From Tubulanus polymorphus (lineage: Eukaryota > Animalia > Nemertea): a stretch of 64,000 bases of DNA. The notes under the pieces were generated by a model, which saw only the letters and a list, made by a program, of their open reading frames with translations, searched no databases and was not told where the DNA came from. A program made the position numbers and the translations under genes. The DNA lies in assembly GCF_964204645.1 (NCBI RefSeq), contig NC_134025.1:15376001-15440000 (forward strand), in the 5' to 3' direction. Within the stretch, counting starts at the first letter, position 1. Every line of letters begins with the position of its first letter. Below, piece after piece: positions 24,478 to 36,116 of the stretch.

Positions 24478-24831
24478 TTATTCGAAATCTATTTCATGGT
24501 GCCCTTTTTCATTCTTACCTTTGTATACGAAATAGAAATCACCAGAACATAATTGTTCTAGATCTTCACTTGATAATCTATGAAATCTATCCGGTAAATA
24601 TGTTCTGAATTTATATGTATTTCCTTTTAATCCTTCATATTCTAAGTGTATAACTAATTTATCTCCATATTTGTTAGTAACTGTATCAATATTTGTAATT
24701 AGATATTTCTTATGGATTATTAATTCTTTTAACTTCTTAAATTCATAATCTACTGATTTGACATTTGAAGTATCTTTTATTCTATCTAGAAATGATTTGT
24801 TGTTCTCACTGTGCGCTTGTTTACTCTCCAT
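24478..24831 (-). CDS. 117-aa protein next to pPolB, putative OB-fold ssDNA-binding protein
   Basis: Intact. FKKLKEL..KKYLI..TNKYGDKLVIHL..TYLPDRF. Homologues at 30852, 34666 and 39790. The function is inference only. Confidence 0.6.
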   Translation of the reverse strand: MESKQAHSENNKSFLDRIKDTSNVKSVDYEFKKLKELIIHKKYLITNIDTVTNKYGDKLVIHLEYEGLKGNTYKFRTYLPDRFHRLSSEDLEQLCSGDFYFVYKGKNEKGHHEIDFE

Positions 24832-24856
24832 TTATAATACATATTTTTATTAAAAT

Positions 24857-27800
24857 TTAGTTACACGTTAGAATTCTTTTCATTATCTCGTTCTCTTTTG
24901 TTTCTTCTCTTTTAAATTTTAAGTATTCATCTAAATTACAACCATAAGCAACTGTATGAATTCCATCTAAAATATATCTTTTATCATCAAATGGGTTTAG
25001 ACTTATCTTTTCAATTTCTTCAATCAACATTTCATGATCTTCAGATCTTAAACATCTCATCTTATGTTTTCTAACTTCTTCATTGAATATACAATTGATG
25101 TAATCTTTGAAATGAATATTCTTTTCTACTACACTTTTTGTTATTCCTTTTAACTTTTTAGCTTCATGTTCTTTAGTTTTATATGAATACATTTTAGATC
25201 TAATAAATGAATTCAATCATTTCTTCACCACCTAATTCATCTTTGAATTTACCAGGAACTTTTTTATTATCATTGCTAAACAATTCATGATTTTTTGGAT
25301 AGTTACTGAAATCAAAATGATGTTTTAATGTTTTTAAATCATCTGTTATGTTATTAGTTTTTATCTTTAATATGTAAGAATCTGTATCAAAATATAATAT
25401 TTCTATATGTTTTTCTCCAAAAAGTGGTTGTAATACATTACAATAGAATTCATACATTAGTAATTTTGATAATTCTAAAACTGAAGCGCCAACATAGATT
25501 GGTTTATTAAATTTCATTGATGTTCTTCTCATCTTAACTGCAGCTAAATTTTCATCAAATATTCTGTTACCCATGAACTTAGGATATGTTTGTAAATGTC
25601 TAATTCTTTTACCATTACTAACTAACTCAATATCATTTCTATTTCTAATATTTTCACAAGTCTTACCATAGAATGCATTATTCATTAACTTGAAGAAATC
25701 TTTCTCGAAATCAGTTTTAGCTTCAGTTCTCTGTTTGGTGTTAAAATCTATATATTTTTCTAACCACTTAGATTGACTAAATGAAATATATCTATGTACT
25801 TTTTTAGAATCATTCCTTGATTCAAATAAAACTTCAACATTCTATAATGTACTACATAATTAGATTTAAATTCCTGAGTTACCATTAACTTTTCTGTATG
25901 AATATGATTTTCGGGTTTAATTCTTTTTTGGTAATTTTATAATTCTTCATGAGTTACAGTTTTATGTTCGGGACAGTGAGCTAGATTTCTAGATTTAAAT
26001 TTAATATGTTCAGGATATTCTAAATCTACAACAAAGAAGTAACCAGTATCTGAATCATCTGCAATATCTAGAATTCTTTTCTTCCAATCAAATTTATCAT
26101 TATTTTCACGTTGTAAAACTTCACTTATTTCAAATACTCCATAAGGTTAAGTTGTGGTTCCATCATTGCCCAACCATACAAATTATTTGCATCTATATGT
26201 AATAACTTATATCCAGGGTTATCATTTACATTGAAATATCTATCACCTAATACACCTGAAACTCCTCCTCTTATAGATTTTTCAAATAATAGTAATTGAT
26301 CTATATTTGTTAACAAATCCATTTTTATATCTGTAAATTTTAATCCACAATCCCATGTTAAACCTGGACTTGAATAACAATGACAAGGATCAATATTGAA
26401 ATATTTTAGGTTTACATATCTAAACCTTTCGAATATATCGGTTAATAATAATACATCTGATTTTAGATATAAATCTACTAATTGCCCATGATTTTTCATT
26501 CTAAAATGATTCCAAATATTCAATGTTCTATTATATACTTCATCTTTAACATATTCATTTTTTAATTCATCATAGAATTGTTCTTTCAATAATTCAGTTA
26601 TGTTAAAATCATTATGATTTTTATAGAAAGAATATGGAATTGCGCCTTTATATCTCATTAATTGAAAATCATCATTATTTGGATAGTGTTGCTTTAATAT
26701 TTTTAATTCATCATCAACTAATGATTTTGATAAGTTATCTAATGAACTATTTAAAAATCTATATGAATCTATAAATCTTAGGCAACCAAATTGGAATGAT
26801 ATATAATTCTCAGATGTTTTAGCTAACATTCTAAATTTATAAGTTGGTATTTTATCTTTTGATCTATTTGAATTTAATCTTTCTATTTCATTATTAATTT
26901 CTTCTATTTTATGGCATAACTGTTTGATGAATAAATGTGCATCATATCCTGATAGATTATGAAATATAACTGGTACAAAGTTAATTTTCTTAGTTTGTAA
27001 CTTACAATTCTCATGTGCAGCGCCTCTAAACTTTCCATTCAAATGATCATGGTCTCTTACTTTTTTATCTTTATAATTAAATATCTTTTCACAATAATAA
27101 CATTTATCTGCAAATGCAAATTCTTCTTTATCTTCTTCTGTCATTATAATTTCTATATTTTTATTCAATAATTTACTTTTATTTCATATTCAATTAATAA
27201 GTCACAAAAATGATTGATAACATTTTCATTTCTATAATCATAATATTCACTTTCAATTAGTTCTGGATAATCAGATTTAATATATAACCCGAAAGCTGCA
27301 GCTGATTGATGAATCTTTTTAATTGTATTTGTTTTTGGTGGTTCATCTGAAAAATCATTTTCATTAGAATTTAATTTCTTTCTTGTACGATATATTTCTT
27401 TTCTATCTTGATCAGTTAATTCTTTATTTAATGATTCAAAATCTCCATATATGACAAATGGTACTTTATTTTTGTAATCATATTTTTTGAATTCTAATAT
27501 TCTATCTTTTTCATTTGGTAAGACTAATTTACAATAATCATGATTTTCACATAATTGTTTATGATTTAATAATGCACTTTCAGTTCTGAATTGATTTAAA
27601 CATTTTCTACATAGATATATTTTATTATCAATATCATTTTCTGATTCAAAAAATAAATCAATTTTTTTAATCCACATATAATGATTCTCATAATATAATA
27701 TATCTATAACATCGTTTGAATCATAATCTTTTGATAGGTATAAAGGTTCTAATGTATAATGTTTTATATTGTTACCTTTTGTATTTGGTAATTTGATTAA

Positions 27801-28895
27801 ATCAAATACATTTATCTTCATATTATTATCTCTTTCTATTTTTGGGATGTTTTTAATTATAACAGGATACTTATCTATCTTATAATTATTTTTAAATGGT
27901 TTATAATGAGTTAATCTAAAACTATGTGTAATATCTTCTGTTGGATGTAAACAACTTATTATAGCCCATAGAAAACATTTATCATCTTTATTTTGTACAT
28001 TTATAACAGCATTAGTTTTAAATGGTAGTTTAATATAACTTGATGCTTCAATATCTGGTTCTTTATAATATGATACATTATTTTCATCAATTGGTTTTGA
28101 TTTAGTTAACTTATTATATTTTGTGTTATAAACATGTAAAGTCATAAATATTATTTCATCGAATATTAAACCTGATCCCTCAAAATATTTCTCTTCTATT
28201 TTAGTTTTTACTTCATTATAACATTTATCTAATTTATCATCTATATGTTGTTTATATATAATATGTTGTGAATGAGAATTTATATTATATATTGGTTTAT
28301 CTTCAGATTTTATAAACTTTACTTTAACTGATATACTAATTTTAGGGTATTCAACATCTATTATTATTTTTATTATTTCTTTCATATTTTCTAAATGTTT
28401 TTTATTTTCTTCTAATGTTTTTCCTTTATGAAATTTAAACTCGATAGCTGCTGGGCCAATATCACTTTTAAATGCTTCGGTTATCTCTATATCTTTTTTA
28501 TTATCTAATGAATTAATATAATTTCTTACATCTTCCATGTATGGTCTTTTATTGTTTAATTTATTTTTTATGCTTTTAATTGTCTTCTGTTTCTTATCAT
28601 TATCTTTATCAAAATAATCTTCACCTAAAATATCATTATTTATATTTCTTATATGACTTTTAGATTTTAAATGTTCTTTATAATATATTTTATCACTGAA
28701 TGATTGATTACATGTATCACATTTGTATGTTTCTTTTTCATTGTTTAATTCATCTAATTTAGTTTCTAATATATCATCTTTATATTCTAGTTTCAATTTA
28801 TTCTCTGAATGTGTTTTAGTTTTATCATGTCTTGATTTTTGGGATTTATCTATATTGATATTACATGTTGGACAGTAGTACTTATTTGCTTCCAT
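24857..28895 (-). pseudogene. Protein-primed family B DNA polymerase (pPolB) with N-terminal zinc fingers and an endonuclease VII-like insert; several frameshifts
   Basis: ExoI FVIYGDFES, CYYC..VRDHDHLNGKFRGAAHENC, ExoII FHNLSGYDAH, ExoIII YLKSDVLLL, PolA DANNLYGWAM, PolB KLMNNAFYGK, PolC YFDTDS. Confidence 0.93.
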
Positions 28896-29133
28896 TTTAA
28901 TACTAAATTTTTTTTTTTAAATTGATTTTAGAAGTTCAACGATTTATATATGAATTATTTCAATCACACTTTACTAACACTTTTAATGTTTAAAAATCTA
29001 ACTCATACAAATATAAATATTGAAATAATGTTTAAAATATATCTATATATCTATTCTATAAGAGCTCGTTAATTACTCGTTACTTATATATGTTATTCAT
29101 TTATATTTTATTCATATATATGAATATTTTAAG

Positions 29134-29326
29134 AGTAATAGGGGTTTAGTTGTTTCATATCAAAGGTTGAATGGTTGAGAAATTTTCCAAATGTTAAAAT
29201 AATAATAATTTCTACTTGAATTAGGAGTGTACGCGACTAATTCAAGTAGAAATTATTATTATTTTAACATTTGGAAAATTTCTCGACCGTTCGACCTTTG
29301 GTATAAACAACTAAACCCCTATTACT
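29134..29326. repeat. Right terminal fold-back of element A (193-bp near-perfect palindrome)
   Basis: AGTAATAGGGGTTTAGTTGTTT...TCTACTTGAATTAG, 12-nt loop, CTAATTCAAGTAGA...AAACAACTAAACCCCTATTACT. Confidence 0.92.
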
Positions 29327-29498
29327 AACGTTATTTCGATTTCGATTTCGTAAATCAACTGTTCGTAAAAATGTCTTTAATTTTGGACAGGCAACCAGTC
29401 TAAAGAAAAGTAAGTTCGAAGTTAGACTGGTTGCCTGTCCAAAATTAAATTCGTTTTTACGAACAATTGATTTACGAAATCGAAATCGAAATCACGTT
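29327..29498. mobile_element. Palindromic MITE-like element abutting the end of element A
   Basis: AACGTTATTTCGATTTCGATTTCGTAAATCAA...GGACAGGCAACCAGTCTAA, loop, TTAGACTGGTTGCCTGTCC...CGAAATCGAAATCGAAATCACGTT. Confidence 0.7.
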
Positions 29499-30043
29499 CA
29501 CGAGTATAATTTAGTGAATCTGATTTAGTAAATCTACGCGTTTACGATAACTATGGAAGACCTCAGACGACATGCGAGATATGATTAATAACATACGAGA
29601 TATGAGATGCAACATACGAGATACGGCATATAACATACGAAATACGACATATGACATACGAGATACGACTTATTTACAACACGGGTGTCCGTCCGCTAGC
29701 GCCTCCGCAGTGTATGTTTTTTTTCCAATACTTACCGCATATACATCGTTTAACATGGTGACGCGTACAGTCATCGTCAATTAAATGATAACTAAAATAG
29801 TTAACATTTTATTCAAACCAGAAATTTTTCCAAAAACTACACTGTCTATCAAAAGGATCGAAACATGGGAGGCGGTGGAGTATAGATAGTTGCGTTTTTA
29901 TTATTATTTAATTACGGTAGTAATGTGAAAATAAGAATTAGATACAGTTCGGTGTTGTTCAGTTAAGGAGATGATTCCATAGCACCCATACCATTTTATT
30001 CAGACAAGGACTATTAGTTAAACACTGATCTTCATTTCCATTA

Positions 30044-30767
30044 ATTAATGATCTGTTGAATTAATTAGTAATTGAGTCTTTCGGTAGTTCGAGATAAAAT
30101 GCCCGCAAGAACCTAACGAACCAGGGCTCCCAACAGGTACATTTTCGAAACGACACAATCCAATCATGTTTGGTATCAAATAACTCGTGGCGTGGATCAT
30201 CGTCTATTAACTGAACAATGCATGACCAGTATCATACAGTAAATTATTTGTTTTGCAAACAATTAAGTTGTTTGGTGTCAAATAACTAGATATGATGTAC
30301 AAAATTGTTTAAATGACCAATGCTTCACCAGTACTGACCAGTTACCAGTGCTAACCAGAACCCCCCATAAGTAATTTATATGTTTAGTACAGCCATGAAA
30401 TCGTTTTTGGGCGTCGAGCGACTAGATATGGTGCGGGCTATGATCTAACAACTACATGACTGACCAATTTTTGACCAATACTGACCCTAAAGTAATTTGT
30501 CTATTTTAGAAGCAACACAGTCGTGTTTGGTGTCAAATATATGGCGTGGGCTTGCATCAACTGACCAAATCTTGACCAATACTGACCACATAGCTTTATT
30601 TATCTGTTTCAGAAACAACCTAGTCGTGTCTGGTATCAAATAATTTAATTTGACCTGAATGTAAATATAACAACTCTTTTACCTGTATAAGCTACACAAG
30701 TACTGTCTAATTACCGGTTAAATGTTTTTAGAAATGACACGCCTGAGTCCTTCGTTAGTACTACTAG
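30044..30767. repeat. Second, longer copy of the subrepeat-containing element at 5203-5595
   Basis: Shares TTCGAGATAAAATGCCCGCAA..GAACCTAACGAACCAGGGCT, repeated TTTGGTGTCAAATA / ACTGACCAA units and the same end. Confidence 0.7.
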
Positions 30768-31331
30768 AGTAATTGGAATATCAGGGGTTCAGGTCAGAGG
30801 ACGAGAGGACGACACACCGCTCATCACCACAAGTAATTTTTTTTCTAATAAATGGGAGATAGAAAGGTATTCTTAGCGGCAATAAATAACAGAATAAAAC
30901 CAGCAAAAAAACAATTTGAAATAAAAAAGTTAGTTGATGTTACAAAAGGAATTGAACACAAAATATTAAAATTAGAAAAGATAAAAACTAAATATGGAGA
31001 TAAAATATCAGCAAATTTAAGTTACTGTAATGTTAGTACAACCCGAGAATTTAAAGTATTTTTACCCGATAAATGGGTTTCATTGAGTACAGAGGAATTA
31101 AAATATTTAGAAGGATTTAAAATAATTTATCATGGGAAAAATGAAGACGGTCATCATGATTTAGAAGTTGTTGATTAAAAAAAATAAATTGATAATAAAA
31201 TAAATTAAATATTAAGAATCCGAAATGACTTATCTGGACAAATTAATTGCTCCGCTTAGATAGACAAAAGTAGTGAGATATTTAATTATTTAAAAATGAA
31301 ATTATTTTTTGCTTTTTTTCTAAGATATTAA
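30768..31331 (+). mobile_element. Polinton-like terminal fragment D (terminus plus SSB-like gene)
   Basis: AGTAATTGGAATATCAGGGGTTCAGGTCAGAGGACGAGAGGACGAC aligns without gaps to the termini at 9778 and 38656. Close match to 34589-35063. Confidence 0.7.
30852..31178 (+). CDS. 108-aa homologue of the 117-aa SSB-like protein
   Basis: Intact. KTKYGDKI, VFLPDKW, YHGKNEDGHHDLE. TAAATG start. Confidence 0.7.
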   Translation: MGDRKVFLAAINNRIKPAKKQFEIKKLVDVTKGIEHKILKLEKIKTKYGDKISANLSYCNVSTTREFKVFLPDKWVSLSTEELKYLEGFKIIYHGKNEDGHHDLEVVD

Positions 31332-31801
31332 TCCTAGAGACTACACAACACGTAATGCGGGATGTGTATCACAGATGCTCGATTTGCAAAACCTAGAAAC
31401 TCGAAGAAAGAAATCTCGTCTTATTCTTATGTATAAGCTTGTTGGGGGTCTAGTACCGGCACTTCCACCCGCAGTTTCTGGAACCAGTTCGCGCAAACAG
31501 GAGGAAAATAAAAACTAGACACCTAATAGAGTTTGAAGCTACCTAGTACAGAGAACAGTGTACAATCACTCTAGGTGCTTTAAAGTGCCGTTCAACAGGA
31601 AAGACCAGTACAAAAACTCTTTCTTTGTGCGTACTACCGCTGAGTGGAACCAATTAGAAGAGACTATCGCCTCTGCCAGTGATTCCTGCGCCTTCCAACA
31701 AGGCATAGGAAGACACTGTTAACGTCCTCGCACGCCCTCTCTCACCCGTCGTTATACGCCTAATAAGGATACTCGACGTATATAATCGAGATCAAGATCA
31801 A
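31332..31801 (+). mobile_element. LINE 3' remnant
   Basis: Translates to LQNLETRRKKSRLILMYKLVG and NSFFVRTTAEWNQL, typical of the LINE ORF2 C-terminus. Ends in a (GATCAA)n tail. Confidence 0.7.
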
Positions 31802-32738
31802 ATATATTTCTTTTGGACACCTGGACCGGACACAACGATTAGGCCATACTGTGAACACCCTGGACTAGGCGCGCCAGCCGTTCCTCTCCCGCGGGCGACG
31901 AAAAGTTTTTCAAATCACAAAACTAAAAAGTTATCAAAGTTCATAATATTATGCTATTTCTTGTCTTCCTTTGGTCTGAAAACGGCCTGGTGTTCAGGGG
32001 CCGGAGTTCCGAATAACTACTGTTCACCGCCCGCCGTAGACCGGCCGGCTTTTCTGCATCAGAAATCAAAATTCTAAAAAAAAATCCGCAGCCGGAAATG
32101 CCGGACCTCTTGTGCCCCTCTTCCGCTGTTTGACACCCCTGCCTGAGTTCTTGAATCCCAAACAACCCGAGAACTCGTACATCACCCTGGTCTCCAGATT
32201 AAGAACTCCCGTGCTCTCTCTCAAGGTTTGAACTCCCCAGCTAGATTCCATCCCTATCGAGCTACCGGGGCAGACTAGGTGAGTCCACTAGACCAGCCGT
32301 TGAGAGTCGAGACTAGCCAGTTTTCGCTAACCGCCAGGCCTGCGTTTTTCAAAGCGGTATTAAGTTATCCCTGTGATAAAACTATCCCAGTGTTAAATTT
32401 AACTATCCCAGTGATTGTTATCACAGGGATAACTTCTCGTTTTTCAAAAGCATTTTACCCCAGTGATAACTATCACCAGGATAAGAGCATTAATCCCAGT
32501 GATAACAATAAGAAAATGGCTGACATTTCAACCTAATATCTCTCACTTCAAGAACTAATTTATAGGATTTCGTCACATCACAGGATCACTGAGGCTACAC
32601 AGTGGTGTTTTCATATATTTTGTTTATCTTATGTCACATGTCTGGATGTATTATTGCCATGATCAGTCACCGTGCAACCATAACAATGAAAAAGAAATCA
32701 ATATTTTGTTCCTATGTCTCTGTACAAGACCATAATTT

Positions 32739-33086
32739 TGTGGAAATATGTGTGTTTCTATTATGATTCAACATGTTATTGCTTGATTGACACACTGACC
32801 TATTTATGTAGGTGTAAACATGTTTATGTATTAAGACAATTCTAGAATGATGACTCAGTAATTACCGGGTAAACAACTATTGTGTATTGTCTCTAGATGT
32901 TACTAGAGAGTTCTTAGATTGTTCCAGAGTTTCTAGAAGATTCTCTAGCCAGTGTATATAAGATCCTGTTCAGAGTGTTGTGTTTTATTATTCTTTATGT
33001 GTTCCTGTGATATACTTACGTCATTAATAAACTAGCTTCAATTAACCACTGCGTCGGATGCTACTCTGATAGTTGAATTGACAACA
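32739..33086 (+). mobile_element. Solo LTR (348 bp)
   Basis: TGTGG...CAACA ends, 5-bp TSD AATTT (32734-32738 and 33087-33091), TATATAA near 32955, AATAAA near 33026. Confidence 0.75.
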
Positions 33087-33115
33087 AATTTAAGTCAGAC
33101 AGTCACAGACATACA

Positions 33116-33525
33116 ATGGATAAATTTTCTGAGGACAAGAATTCTAACCTAAAAAGGAAACGAAAAGCTAATTTTACTTCGAGTGAGCGTGTTATTCTAA
33201 CTGAAATGGTGAAGGCTAATGAAGATGTACTATTTTCAAAACTAACAAACACAGTAACGAATATGAAGAAACAGAAGATCTGGGAGTCAATTGTCGCTCA
33301 AATTAATAGTTTAGGTATCTTTGAAAGGACTGTTGGTGAGGTGAAAGATAAATGGAAGCACTGCGTTTCAGGCGCAAAAAAGTTTGTCACTTATGAGAAA
33401 CGATATAAAGAAGACAGGAGGTGGCACGCCCACAGTTACATTAAACGACACGGATGAAGTAATCTTGGGTATGTTTGAAGACTGTCCTTCTTTTCATGCA
33501 ATCGATACCGGTATAGAATCAGATC
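33116..33525 (+). pseudogene. Harbinger Myb/SANT-like DNA-binding protein, exon 1 (frameshift near 33400)
   Basis: KRKRKANFTSSERVIL...KQKIWESIVAQIN...RTVGEVKDKWKH. GTAAGT donor at about 33526. Confidence 0.8.
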
Positions 33526-33849
33526 GTAAGTTTAATATACAAAAATTAACCCAATTTTCTTAATGACGCCCTCAGAGAATCATCAAATTTAAAACAGCAA
33601 TATACAGTTTTGACAGTTTTATATCTTGAAGGCCGAATTATTTAAACTGCAGTTATTTGTAGTAGTCCGCAGGTAGGCTTGCATGTATTTTATTCATACA
33701 TTTCAGGCTTTGAAAGTAGGTCTACTATTACCAGGTATGCCGCCTACTGCTACAATTTCGAAACAACCAGAATCTGATGAAAGACCAATCTTAACTGAAG
33801 GTAGGCATAGCTGATTATATTTTCTGTATTGCATATTATATTCTTTCTT

Positions 33850-34588
33850 ATGTAATATGCGATTGTCACATGAATACTACAAAAAAACCGTTTTTTTCAA
33901 TTTTCCAAAAGCCATTTCAATTTGTACTCTTGATGATGTATGCGCTCGGTTATAACGCTCCTGTCCTAGATTACTTGGCCGCAAATATGGTGTCATTAGG
34001 TATGATGAGCAACCATAGCCACTATCACCAATAATCAATCCGTCTTCAAGGGTTCTGTAATTATCTTCTAAATATCTAAAATGCAATCTTCAGACAATAT
34101 ATATGAATTAATTCAGACAACATAAATTTAAACAAGGTACCAATTTTTTACCTCTTGAGTGCCGAGTTAAATATGTGAGTCATGGCAGGAGCCTGGCCAC
34201 TTCGCTACAACATTGATAAACTTACCTATTTAAAAGAAAGTTTATTTACTGCTAAAGTCGATACTGACAGAATAAACCAACAAACAAGAAGAAAAACTTA
34301 CCTGTTTGGTCACATACTGCCTGGATATTTTTTGAATGAAATCCTTTTCTGTTGACATATGCATTTTCATTCTCTTGCGGGCCCTTGATACGAATCTGCG
34401 TACAACCAATTGCACCAATACAATTAGGAAACCTCCAAAATCGTAGAAACCTAGGCGTATTCGATTTTTATCCTGATCTGTGGTCGGCCAGACTATATAT
34501 TCGTCACTTTTCCTGGCAAGCGCCTCTGATACTCTATGGACACATTTCCAAACAGTTGATTTAACAAGACCAAATATATCACCCAGCG
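33850..34588 (-). pseudogene. Harbinger/HARBI1-like DDE transposase, intron-containing, decayed, 5' part missing
   Basis: GDIFGLVKSTVWKCVHRVSEAL, KWPGS.HDS, LIIGDSGYGCSSYLMTPY, YNRAHTSSRVQIEMAFGKLK. Confidence 0.85.
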
Positions 34589-34665
34589 AGTAATTGGAAT
34601 ATGGCGTTTTCAGATCAGAGGACGACACACCACTCATCACGACAAGTAATTTTTTCCCATAATAA

Positions 34666-34992
34666 ATGGGAGATAGAAAAGCATTCTTAGCAACAATAAA
34701 TAACAGAATAAAACCAGCAAAAAACAATTTGAAATAAAAAAAGTTTGTTGATGTTACAAAAGAAATTGAACACAAAATATTAAAATTAGAAAAGATAAAA
34801 ACTAAACATGGAGAGAAAGTATCAGCAAATTTAAGTAACTGTAATGTAAGTACAACGCAAGAATTTAAAGTATTTTTACCTGATAAATGGGTTTCATTGA
34901 GTACAGAGGAATTAAAAGATTTAGAAGGATTTAAAATAATTTACCATGGGAAAAATGAAGACGGGCATCATGATTTAGAAGTTGTTGTGTAA
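34666..34992 (+). pseudogene. SSB-like gene, frameshifted copy of 30852-31178
   Basis: Near-identical DNA, with one A missing in the run near 34720. Confidence 0.75.
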
Positions 34993-35072
34993 AAAAAATA
35001 AATTGATAATAAAATTAATTAAATATTAAGAATCCGAAATGACTTATCTGAACAATTTAATTGATCGAGTCG

Positions 35073-35250
35073 CTGACGAGAACGGTCGATTGCGTTGTGC
35101 CATGTATAGTGAGTGCGCGTAACAACAGCTGCGCTTGGATAGATCGATGCAGTGAGGCATTGACGAGAACGGTCGATAGCGTTGTGCTATATATAGTAGT
35201 ACAGTGATCGTGTACCAGCTGCGCTCGGATAGATCGATGCAGTGAGGCAC
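35073..35250. repeat. GC-rich tandem repeat, about 88-bp unit, two copies plus the start of a third at 36023
   Basis: TGACGAGAACGGTCGAT.GCGTTGTGC...CAGCTGCGCT.GGATAGATCGATGCAGTGAGGCA occurs twice. Confidence 0.8.
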
Positions 35251-35253
35251 TAA

Positions 35254-36022
35254 AGGCTGGCTTATGTCGACAAGCAACGAGACGCCTACCGATGCAACTG
35301 GGTTTATCGCGGATTAGCGGCAACTAGCGGCCTACGAGAGGCCGCCAGTTGCTCCTCAATCGGTTCGACATAAGCCGGCTTGCGACGGCAACGCGACGCC
35401 TACCGATTCGTCGCAAGCCGTATCGGGCTAGTTGCCCATGTTCTACTCCGGCCTAAGGTAGGCGGGCAGTTGCTTTCGATCGCAGGCGACATAAGCTCAT
35501 CTGCGACGCGACGGAACTGAGCGCAGGGGTTCCAGCCAATGAGAGACCGCATATACATAGTACAAATTATCATCGCTAGTTAGCGTCAAATTCAAGTAGT
35601 TCAAAACGTAAACCAAACCTTCAGCACGGCAGAGGACTGGACCGAAGATCTAGTAACGAAATTGGTAGAATTATGGTGTGAGCGGCCATCTTTATAGATG
35701 TCGCTAGCACGTTGTATTCAAAACAGAATTAGAAAGATCAAAGTCTTAAAGAAATAGCTTTTCTAATAGAAATATATTTTCTAATAATTCAGATTTATTC
35801 TCAAAATGCTTATCACGTGACCATTTGAGCCGTTGCAGTTGCTAGTAATCGCAACCGACATAAGCAGGGAAGCAACTGGGAGGATCTCATATCCCGCTAG
35901 TCGACCTCAGTTGCTGCGAATCGGAGCGCAGTCGACATAAGCTGGGCTGCGATCGTGGTTGCTCTCAGTTGCGTCGGTAGGAGTCGGTAGGCGTCGCGTT
36001 GCTTGTCGACATAAGCCAGCCT
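35254..36022. mobile_element. PIF/Harbinger-derived MITE with MADF-domain remnant
   Basis: About 39-bp TIR AGGCTGGCTTATGTCGACAAGCAACG.GACGCCTACCGA, TAA TSD on both sides. Internal DWTEDLVTKLVELWCERPSL at about 35635-35700. Confidence 0.85.
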
Positions 36023-36116
36023 TAACGAGAACTGCTTTTTGCAGGGGGAAGCTGACCGCGCTCATATGATCCAGGTTCATTTAATTGTTTAATGAATGAA
36101 TTTTTTTCCCTAATAA

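Larger units (their letters stand above)
9778..29326. mobile_element. Polinton/Maverick-like endogenous virus, element A (about 19.5 kb including a 2.2-kb insert), decayed
   Basis: Starts AGTAATAGGGG and ends CCCCTATTACT (AG...CT termini). Encodes pPolB, rve integrase, packaging ATPase, MCP and mCP. Very AT-rich. Flanks GATGAC and AACGTT do not form a 6-bp TSD. Confidence 0.9.
32338..34588. mobile_element. PIF/Harbinger DNA transposon, truncated by element C
   Basis: TIR-like GCCTGCGTTTTTCAAAG after CAG, subterminal TATCCC.GTGATAA repeats, and convergent Myb/SANT and HARBI1-type genes. Confidence 0.8.

Noticed and set aside
9772-29332. 6-bp target-site duplication around element A
   Set aside because: The flanks are GATGAC and AACGTT. 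The flanks of the other termini (TACTAG, CCAGCG, AACAGC) do not pair with them either.
29570-29670. CATACGAGATA-type short repeats and the ORF at 29572-29784
   Set aside because: Degenerate minisatellite; the ORF is a by-product of it.
34242-34775. 177-aa ORF as a real gene
   Set aside because: Chimera of antisense fragment C sequence and a Harbinger transposase exon across the junction at 34588/34589.
35073-35250. Repeat-spacer-like pattern suggesting a CRISPR array
   Set aside because: Only two units, the intervening parts are similar to each other, there are no cas genes, and the context is eukaryotic.
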